A DNA stretch of 64,000 bases, taken from assembly GCA_035690365.1 (NCBI GenBank), contig DASSKP010000078.1, forward strand, positions 54,337-118,336. The letters run 5' to 3'. Under the pieces are notes generated by a model, which did not search any database, had not been told where the DNA came from, and saw only the letters and a list, made by a program, of their open reading frames with translations. Below are positions 57,309 to 64,000 of the stretch, in pieces. Within the stretch, counting starts at the first letter, position 1; every line of letters begins with the position of its first letter. Position numbers and translations under genes: made by a program. Origin of the DNA: Mycobacteriales bacterium (GTDB taxonomy: Bacteria; Actinomycetota; Actinomycetes; JAFAQI01).

Positions 57309-58412
57309 TCAAGGTGCGACGGACCCCAGGTCGGCGAAGCCGCTCGGCTGATGCCGGCCGATCGTCCCGTGCTCGAACAGCCCCCAGCCGACCGCGTCGC
57401 CGCACGTCGCGCGGGCGACGTGGTCGATGACCCCCCACGGCACACGCCCGGCGACCGCCGGATCGGTGAAGTCGTAGACGGCGCCTTCGATCCACTTCTC
57501 GCCCCGCCACGAGCCGTGCAGCCAGTCGGAGTCGCCGCCGTAGCCGCACCCGACGTGCAGCGGTACGGCGACCGACGGCTCGATGTCGATCGTGACCGGC
57601 GATCCGTCGCGCTCGCTCAGGTGGATGAGTGCGTGCTCGGGCTCACGGGTGCCGGACTTGTAGTCGATCTGCACGCGCGGCCAGCCGAGCTGGTCCACGC
57701 GGCCGTCACGCCAGATGCGCACGGCGTCGTTCAGCGTCCGGTGCCCGGAGCCGTCCTCCTGCGCGATGAGAACGATGGCGAACTGCTCGAACCGCAGCGG
57801 CACGTAGAGCCACCAGAACCCGAACCCGTCGTCATGCGCAGGGCGCCCGGCGGGCTCGCTCTCGCCGACCGGACGGATGCCCCACGAACGGTCGCGGCTG
57901 CCGACCCAGACGTCCGGGTCGACCTCGGTGTCGAGACCGTCCACGTGCAGCGTCCCGCTCCACGTGCCGAGCTGCGCGAACCGCCACGTGTCGATGATCG
58001 ACCGGCGACCGGTGCGCATCTGGTGGCGCTCCTCGTCGATGGCCGGGAACGACCCTTCCCACGTCAGGTCGAAGGCGATGCCGTGCGCAGCGGCGTCGCA
58101 GACGATGCGCACCTTGTGCAACGGGTCGATGACCTCGATGCGATACGGGCCGACGGTCGGGTGCAGCCGGTCGTCGTCGATCGCGTCGGACATCCGCACG
58201 ACCCACTGCTTGTCGCCGCGACGCACGGCGGCGTACGCATCCTTGACGCCGAGGTTCGGGTAGAAGCCCAGACCGGTGACGAGGAACGTCCCGCCGTCGC
58301 GGTCGTGCGCGTTGAAGTAGCACCGGTCGTAGAAGTTGCGGTCGCTCGATCCGACGTAGGAGAGCGACAGCGGTGTCTGGTGCAGCGGGTACTCGTCGAG
58401 CGGTGCAGGCAT
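57309..58412 (-). CDS. Conserved hypothetical protein (367 aa), function unknown
   Basis: It has protein-like composition throughout and Trp-rich motifs. It was not recognised from memory. Confidence 0.55.
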   Translation of the reverse strand: MPAPLDEYPLHQTPLSLSYVGSSDRNFYDRCYFNAHDRDGGTFLVTGLGFYPNLGVKDAYAAVRRGDKQWVVRMSDAIDDDRLHPTVGPYRIEVIDPLHKVRIVCDAAAHGIAFDLTWEGSFPAIDEERHQMRTGRRSIIDTWRFAQLGTWSGTLHVDGLDTEVDPDVWVGSRDRSWGIRPVGESEPAGRPAHDDGFGFWWLYVPLRFEQFAIVLIAQEDGSGHRTLNDAVRIWRDGRVDQLGWPRVQIDYKSGTREPEHALIHLSERDGSPVTIDIEPSVAVPLHVGCGYGGDSDWLHGSWRGEKWIEGAVYDFTDPAVAGRVPWGVIDHVARATCGDAVGWGLFEHGTIGRHQPSGFADLGSVAP

Positions 58413-58433
58413 CGGAACGTCTCCCGGAGATGG

Positions 58434-59552
58434 TCAGCTGAACAGGCGGTCGAGCTGGGCACGGTTGTAGATGAGCTCCTCCGGGTCGGCCGGTGCCTCG
58501 CGCTCACCGAAGTGCGTCTGCCGCTGACCCGTGCGAAGGAAGACGATGCCCCACTGCAGCGCGGAGTAGCGGCGGTAGAAGTCGAGGTCGCGCGGTGCGT
58601 CGCCGGTCAGCGACTCGTAGCGAGCGCACACGTCGTCGGCCTGCAGGAAGTGCGGCATTCCCTCGAGCCCGAGCGATGTCGTCAGCTCCTGGAAGACCTC
58701 GTGCGCGAAGACCAGCCACGCGACGTCGAGCTCCCGCGGACCGAGCCCGGCCATCTCCCAGTCGAGCAGCGCGACCGGGCGGAAGTCGCGGTAGATGACG
58801 TTGCCGATCCGCGAGTCGCCCCAGGACAGGACGGGGTCGCTCTCGTACGACGGCCAGTGCCGGCTGAGCCACTCGAAACCACGCTCGACGAGCGGTGAGC
58901 GACCGCCCTCGCGGGCGACCATGTCGTACCAGGCGCGCGTGTGCGCGACGTGCCGGCGGAGATAGGTGTCGCCGTCGTCCGGCCGCTCGAGGAACGCGAA
59001 CCGTTCGGTCGGCCGGTCGATCGCGTGCAACGCCGCGATCGCCTCGACCGTCGTGTCCTGCAGTCGCTGCTGATGGTCGCGCGGGGCGTCGTACAGCCAG
59101 TTGCCGCCGAACGGATAGGGCAGGACGTCCGGCGGGATCTCCCCGTCCACGCGACGCATCACGAAGAACGGAGCCCCGAGCGCGGCCGGGTCGGTCTCGC
59201 ACCACAGCGTGTCCGGCACCGGCGCGCCGGACAGCTCACCCGCCAGCCGTACGACGTCGAACTGCGCCTGCATGTCGTAGGTCGGGAAGACCGGTACGTC
59301 GGCCGCGTCGGGCGCGACCCGCGCGACCAGGGACTCGTCGCGTGTCGTGCCGTCGGTCTCCTGCCACGATGCGTCGAAGAGCAACGTGTCGCTGGACATG
59401 CCGTTGGCCTCGGTGCCGCGCACGTTGCGCACGCTCACGGCACCCGCGGATCCGATGACTGTCCCGAGCCAGCTCTCGAGGGTGGCCCGCACGGTTTGCG
59501 GCTCGCGGCTGCTGCGCCGCATCGGTGCGCCTGTGTCGGACGTCGCTGTCAT
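58434..59552 (-). CDS. Phosphotransferase (APH/ChoK-like kinase) family protein
   Basis: The in-frame ATG (MTATSDT) lies inside the longer track ORF. It has a Brenner-type catalytic motif (NVIYRD, DWEMAGLGPRELD). Confidence 0.75.
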   Translation of the reverse strand: MTATSDTGAPMRRSSREPQTVRATLESWLGTVIGSAGAVSVRNVRGTEANGMSSDTLLFDASWQETDGTTRDESLVARVAPDAADVPVFPTYDMQAQFDVVRLAGELSGAPVPDTLWCETDPAALGAPFFVMRRVDGEIPPDVLPYPFGGNWLYDAPRDHQQRLQDTTVEAIAALHAIDRPTERFAFLERPDDGDTYLRRHVAHTRAWYDMVAREGGRSPLVERGFEWLSRHWPSYESDPVLSWGDSRIGNVIYRDFRPVALLDWEMAGLGPRELDVAWLVFAHEVFQELTTSLGLEGMPHFLQADDVCARYESLTGDAPRDLDFYRRYSALQWGIVFLRTGQRQTHFGEREAPADPEELIYNRAQLDRLFS

Positions 59553-59571
59553 CGCCTCGTCCTCTTCACTC

Positions 59572-60141
59572 TCACTGCAGCGCCGCCATCGCGATCGCCG
59601 CGACCTCGGTCGCGAAGTCGTCCGCACCTTCCTCGCCGACGTTGAGTGCGCGCGCGAACAGCGCACCGAGCATGACCTCGAACAAGGTGTCCACCGACCG
59701 GGACGGCCGGTGGCCGTTGCGTGCGAGATAGGCCTCGAAGGACGCCTGCATCGGACGCACGGTGCGGTCGACCAGCCGCTGCCACATGCGCGGGTCGGTC
59801 TGATACTCACTCAGCAGACCGGGGATCGCCGCCCGCACCGGCGGCTGCGCGAGGTAGCCGAGGATGCGGCGGCAGTAGTCGGCGAGCTCGGTGCCGAGAT
59901 CACCGCCGATCTCGGCCGGCTCCATGAGATCGCTCGGGAAGACCGCGGCTTCGATCAGCTCGGCCTTGCTCGACCAGCGGCGGTAGATGCTCGGCGCGCT
60001 GACACCTGCGCGGCGCGCGATCGCCTGGATGCTGGTCGCCTGGTAGCCCTCGTCGACGAGCAGGTCGAGCGCGGCGCTGAGCACCGCCTCGTCGACCCGC
60101 GGGTCGCGCGGCCGGCCGACGACACGCGCCGCGACAGACAT
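59572..60141 (-). CDS. TetR-family transcriptional regulator
   Basis: The HTH is TSIQAIARRAGVSAPSIYRRW. Confidence 0.85.
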   Translation of the reverse strand: MSVAARVVGRPRDPRVDEAVLSAALDLLVDEGYQATSIQAIARRAGVSAPSIYRRWSSKAELIEAAVFPSDLMEPAEIGGDLGTELADYCRRILGYLAQPPVRAAIPGLLSEYQTDPRMWQRLVDRTVRPMQASFEAYLARNGHRPSRSVDTLFEVMLGALFARALNVGEEGADDFATEVAAIAMAALQ

Positions 60142-60193
60142 GGCGCGACCCTAATTCGTTCCACCCTCTAACGCAACGCACTCGACAGGAGGG

Positions 60194-61825
60194 TCAGGGG
60201 ACCTTGGGGGCGACCCTCGGACACTTGGCGAGCATGTCGGTGCACGTCCGCAGCCGTCCGGTGCGCGGGTCGGTCAGGTGGAACTGGCTGTAGTAGTAGA
60301 ACGACAGCGAGTCGAGGATCGACAGGCCGCCGATGCGATACGGCACGTTGCCGGCCATCGGGTCGCTCGGGTTGGCCGCCGCCGCCGACGGGTCGAAGAC
60401 ACCCGCGCCGATGGACACGACACCTTTGCTGTTGCGGTCGGCGCTCGTGTCGTAGTGACCGAGCGAGGTCAGCCGCTCGTACGCCGGCACCGACGTGAAC
60501 GGGTCGCGGTCATTGCGGAGGTAGCGGTCGAACCACGCGAGCGTGTAGTAGAAGGCGAACCGCTCGGACAGCTCGTTCGACGGCAGCACCAGGTCGATGT
60601 AGGTGTAGGTCAGGTGCGTGCCGTTGCGGAAGGACACGAGCTCCGTGTCGAGCCCTGCCTTCGCGAGGCTTTGGTAGCCCGAGTCGCCGGCAAGACCGCC
60701 GGCGTTGGTGTCGCCGTGCGGGTTGGGCACCGTCGTCGCGGGCTGCACGTTGAACTCGTAGTCGTTCGTCGTGGCGAGCGCCGGCGCGTGCAGCTTCCTC
60801 GACCGGTAGGGCTTCGGCACGGTGACGTTCGTCGCGCACTTCTTGACGTCGACCGGGATCAGGTCGTCCCACGCGACGACCGCCTTCACGCGTGTGTCGC
60901 ACTGGCTGACCCAGCTGACGGCCGACGCGCCGAGCGAGTGCCCGGCGATGCCGACATGACCGGCGTCGAGCGACGACCGGCCCGGGTTGGCACGGGACAG
61001 GAAGTAGTTGAGCGAGTCCTCGGCACCTTGGTAGAAGTTGTAGTTCTGCTGGTAGGGCACACCCGGGCAGCTGCTGGGCGACGTGCAGCTGGCGGGCAAC
61101 AGGTCAGAGTCACCCTGCCCCTGGACGTCGTACGTCATGACCTCGTAGCCGTACTGCGCGAGTCCCTCGGCAGCCCAGTAGTAGAGGTTCTCGTAGCCCT
61201 GCACCGACCCGTCGGTGATGACGACGCCGGGGTAGCCGCCGCGCGGGCGCGGCACCGACTTCGGCGGCATCCAGACGTGCCCGCGCAGCTGCGCGCCGTC
61301 GAGCGACGTGAACTTCACGCGGGTCGCCCGGCCGCCCGTGAGCTGCTGCCAGCGAGCGACCGACCGGAACGGGTCTGCGCCCTGCGAGCCCGGGATCAAC
61401 GTTGTGACGCCGCCGTGCAGATGCCCGGGGCCGTCCGACGCCTGTTCCTGCGCCTGCGCGGCCCACATCTCGCCACCGACGGTGAGGTCGCCGTAGCCGA
61501 ACGCCGGGCTGTCGAGCTGGTCGCGGACGCGCAGCAGCGCACAGTACTGGTTGATCTCGTCGCGCTGGATCCACGCCGGGTTGGTCGGGTGGCCGTTGCC
61601 GTCGGCCTGCGGGTCCGGGTGCCCGGCGGGCGCGAAGCACTGCGTGTCGACGCCGACAGGGGGAGCCTGGTACGCCGCCGGGACCGTAGCTGCGTAGCGG
61701 GCGAGCATCGCTCGCGCCTGCGATGCCGCGGTCGGTGCGGTGCCGCCGGCGAGGGCGAGCGGGGCCGCGACGGTGACGGCGGCGAGAGCGGCCAGGGCCG
61801 AGCTGCGGACGAGGGTCAGGCGCAT
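60194..61825 (-). CDS. Secreted alpha/beta hydrolase (lipase/esterase-like, GHSLG nucleophile elbow)
   Basis: The in-frame ATG (MRLTLVRSSALAALAAVTVAAPLALA, a signal peptide) lies inside the longer track ORF. The nucleophile motif is GIAGHSLGA. Confidence 0.7.
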   Translation of the reverse strand: MRLTLVRSSALAALAAVTVAAPLALAGGTAPTAASQARAMLARYAATVPAAYQAPPVGVDTQCFAPAGHPDPQADGNGHPTNPAWIQRDEINQYCALLRVRDQLDSPAFGYGDLTVGGEMWAAQAQEQASDGPGHLHGGVTTLIPGSQGADPFRSVARWQQLTGGRATRVKFTSLDGAQLRGHVWMPPKSVPRPRGGYPGVVITDGSVQGYENLYYWAAEGLAQYGYEVMTYDVQGQGDSDLLPASCTSPSSCPGVPYQQNYNFYQGAEDSLNYFLSRANPGRSSLDAGHVGIAGHSLGASAVSWVSQCDTRVKAVVAWDDLIPVDVKKCATNVTVPKPYRSRKLHAPALATTNDYEFNVQPATTVPNPHGDTNAGGLAGDSGYQSLAKAGLDTELVSFRNGTHLTYTYIDLVLPSNELSERFAFYYTLAWFDRYLRNDRDPFTSVPAYERLTSLGHYDTSADRNSKGVVSIGAGVFDPSAAAANPSDPMAGNVPYRIGGLSILDSLSFYYYSQFHLTDPRTGRLRTCTDMLAKCPRVAPKVP

Positions 61826-61877
61826 GCGGAGGGTTTCGTCACCGGCGTCCGGTTCCCCTGCCTCAGCAGCCCTGGAC

Positions 61878-63401
61878 TCAGCGACTGACGGCCACCTGCA
61901 CCGAGGACGCGCCGGGCAAGGTGCGCAGCACGAGGCGATCGGCGCCGGGATCGGACACGACCTGCGCGCCGCGCACGACGACGCGGTAGCCGGAGCCGAG
62001 CGCTCCGACAGGGATGTAGACGGTCGTGAGCGCGGACCGCAGGCTGCCACCCGCCGCCTGCGTGCTGTAGCTGAAGGAGAAGCGGTGCGCGCCGCGGCTG
62101 TAGGACCACGACGTCGGGGTGCCGGCGACAACCTGCGGATAGGGCTCCTCGAGGATCGCGAGCTTGGCCCACTTCACGTTGCTGCCGGTCGGCGGCTTGT
62201 GCAGGTCGCGCAGGATGCCCTCGGCCGGGCGTGGCGCCGACGGGTCGCCCCCGACGTAGGTCCACTCCTGCCACGAGTCCATGTGGTTGTCCGCCGCGGC
62301 CATCACCGACGTCAGCTCGGCAGCGTCGTCGGTGGCCCCCCACTCCGTGAGCAGCAACGCGTCGCCGCTCGTCGTGGACTGCTGGTCGGCGTTGGACAGG
62401 GTGCGGTTCTCGACCTGGTCGCACGCGGCGCGCGTCGGTGGCGTCTCGGGTGCTCCCACCGCGGCGGCGCAGTAGGCGTGGAACGCGAAGCCGGACAGTG
62501 CGTCGCCAGGATCACCGATCGAGGTGCCCGCGGAGAAGTCGAACGACAGCTGCGGCTCGTAGAAGACGAGGTGCTTCTGGTCGACCGACCGGATCGCCTT
62601 CAGCACCTTGGTGACGAACGGTGCGAGGAACTGCGTGTCGAACACCGGGCACCCGGCAGGGGACAGGCAGGAGTACCACTGGCTGCCCGGGAACGGCTCG
62701 TTGAACAGGTCGTAACCCATCACGCCGGTGTCGTTGCGGAAGTACGACGCCACGTGCGCCCACGCGGCGGCGTACGCGTCCTGCAGTCGCAGACCGGACT
62801 TCGTCGCGTCGTTGTTCCAGAAGTGGTCGTAGTTGCGCCAGAGCGCGGGCATCGCGAAGTAGTTGCCGGGGAACCCGGCCGGCGGATCCGGCGGCAGCCC
62901 GTCGTCGTTGGTCGCCCAGTTGGGCGCGCCTTCGCCTTGGTACTTCTCGTTCCACATGTCCTGGTGGAAGTCGATGAGCGAGTAGATGCCGTGCTGCGCG
63001 AGCATCGCCACCGTCGAGCCGACCGACGCGAGGTAGCTGTCGTCGAACCTGCCCGGCGCCGGCTCCAGACGCTTCCAGATCACGCCGAGCCGGATCGTCG
63101 TGAACCCGTGAGCCTGGAGGAACGCCGCGTCGTCCTCGCCGAATCCGGCCTGGGCGACGTCGTACGGCGGCAGCTTGGCGACCATGTTGAAGCCGTGCAG
63201 CACGACCACGCGTCCCTGCGGGTCGGTCAGCCACCGGCCGGCGTGGCCCAGGGGTGATGCGGCGGACTGCTCGGGGTGCCCATTGCCCCGGCCGTGGCCG
63301 TGGCCACCGGGCTTGGCCGACGACGGGGTGGCGACAGCGATGGCGCCGGCGACGGCCACGAGCGCGGCGGCGGCGGCGAACAGACGGCGGGAGGAGGCCA
63401 C
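61878..63401 (-). CDS. Glycoside hydrolase family 5 protein (endoglycoceramidase/cellulase-like), secreted
   Basis: It has a signal peptide. The catalytic acid/base is NEP (DLFNEPF) and the nucleophile is TEWG (LLLTEWG). Confidence 0.8.
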   Translation of the reverse strand: MASSRRLFAAAAALVAVAGAIAVATPSSAKPGGHGHGRGNGHPEQSAASPLGHAGRWLTDPQGRVVVLHGFNMVAKLPPYDVAQAGFGEDDAAFLQAHGFTTIRLGVIWKRLEPAPGRFDDSYLASVGSTVAMLAQHGIYSLIDFHQDMWNEKYQGEGAPNWATNDDGLPPDPPAGFPGNYFAMPALWRNYDHFWNNDATKSGLRLQDAYAAAWAHVASYFRNDTGVMGYDLFNEPFPGSQWYSCLSPAGCPVFDTQFLAPFVTKVLKAIRSVDQKHLVFYEPQLSFDFSAGTSIGDPGDALSGFAFHAYCAAAVGAPETPPTRAACDQVENRTLSNADQQSTTSGDALLLTEWGATDDAAELTSVMAAADNHMDSWQEWTYVGGDPSAPRPAEGILRDLHKPPTGSNVKWAKLAILEEPYPQVVAGTPTSWSYSRGAHRFSFSYSTQAAGGSLRSALTTVYIPVGALGSGYRVVVRGAQVVSDPGADRLVLRTLPGASSVQVAVSR

Positions 63402-63443
63402 GGAGAGGACTTCGACGCACCGGGTAGCGTTCCCTGTCAGAAA

Positions 63444-63460
63444 TCTGAGGAGGCGTCAGA
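63444..63460. promoter_or_regulatory. 17-bp palindrome TCTGAGGAGGCGTCAGA (candidate operator, one arm mismatch)
   Basis: It lies in the 58-bp divergent region between GH5 (start 63401) and the partial hydrolase gene (ATG 63460). An extra inverted half-site pair, GTCAGAAATCTGA, lies immediately upstream. Confidence 0.35.
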
Positions 63461-64000
63461 TGTCCGCTGCGGCCGCCGGCGTGCCGGCTCCGCGCAGCCC
63501 GCAACGTCCGTGGTGGGCCGAGCTCGGCAGCGTCGTGCCGCGCGCCGTCTCGACGGCGGTGCGGGCCACGCGCAGTGGCCCCGACTCCGCGACGCCGCCG
63601 CTCGCCGCCAACCCACTGACCTGGGCCACGTTGGCCGTCGACGAGCTCACCGTCTCGGCGGCGTACCTGCTGACCCGGCGCAGCGCCGAGGAGGTCAGCG
63701 AGCAGGCTGTCGACGACACCCGGGCAGCCGTCGCGGCGCTTCGGACGATCGGCGCGATCGACGACCCTCGGCTCGTTCACACGGTGCCGGGGCCACCGAC
63801 CGAGCTGCGGGTCACGCGACGGCGCCGGGCCGGCATCGACTTCGAGCACCTCTCGTTCGTCAGCCAGTACGAACCGCCGGTCGAGCTGCCGGGTGCACAG
63901 CGCTGGACTGACGGCGAGGCCAACCGGCGTACCCACGCCTACCTGCTGCGGCACGGCGATCGGCCGCGCCCGTGGGCGGTCGTCCTGCACGGTCACCGGA
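63460..64000 (+). CDS. Alpha/beta hydrolase-like protein (5' partial, runs off window)
   Basis: The ATG follows GGAGG. It is an open frame of 180 codons to the window edge, containing ...PRPWAVVLHGH. It is not in the ORF track because no stop is reached. Confidence 0.5.
   Translation, partial: MSAAAAGVPAPRSPQRPWWAELGSVVPRAVSTAVRATRSGPDSATPPLAANPLTWATLAVDELTVSAAYLLTRRSAEEVSEQAVDDTRAAVAALRTIGAIDDPRLVHTVPGPPTELRVTRRRRAGIDFEHLSFVSQYEPPVELPGAQRWTDGEANRRTHAYLLRHGDRPRPWAVVLHGHR

Noticed and set aside
60278-61888. A 536-aa plus-strand ORF.
   Set aside because: It is antisense to the secreted alpha/beta hydrolase, which has the GHSLG motif and a signal peptide.

Overview
This is a very high-GC (about 70-73%) segment that looks like an actinobacterial chromosome, and it is almost entirely coding.

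Core region (1-23.3 kb). It carries a conserved housekeeping backbone, all on the + strand:
- a B12-binding radical SAM protein plus an associated DUF protein
- RNase E (rne)
- rplU, rpmA, obg and proB
- a small hypothetical, a GuaB1-type IMPDH-family protein and a PPOX-family protein
- proA
- a secreted BNR protein and a lipoprotein metalloprotease
- a MoxR AAA+ ATPase, a VWA protein and a membrane protein
- a PaaK-like ligase, nadD, an LCP protein, rsfS and a histidine phosphatase
- one tRNA-Ala(GGC)

Accessory region (tRNA to end). It contains:
- a copper module (CsoR operator, csoR, SHOCT, Met-rich cupredoxin)
- a translationally coupled ArsR-MMPL pair
- an HTH plus HATPase (anti-sigma-like) pair, next to an Acg-type nitroreductase and a cupin
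- FadD, an M50/CBS protease and tandem crcB genes
- a Na+/H+ antiporter
- a large lipid/steroid-like beta-oxidation region (see below)
- a TetR/RidA/Smr operon
- thioesterase, VOC proteins, a phosphotransferase, a second TetR, a secreted lipase, GH5 and a partial alpha/beta hydrolase

The lipid/steroid-like region has two acyl-CoA dehydrogenases flanking a CaiB/BaiF CoA-transferase and a hotdog hydratase pair, a divergent third ACAD, and an echA20-ipdA-ipdB-nitronate monooxygenase-like operon.

The most notable sequence-level observation is a recurring 17-bp palindrome, TCTGAC-N5-GTCAGA. It occurs at four divergent promoter regions of the lipid-catabolic genes (41688, 46815, 54187, 63444). It looks like the operator of an undescribed TetR-type regulon and differs from the published KstR/KstR2 motifs.

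No CRISPR, integrase, transposase or rRNA was seen. The many long antisense ORFs in the supplied track are GC-bias artefacts.
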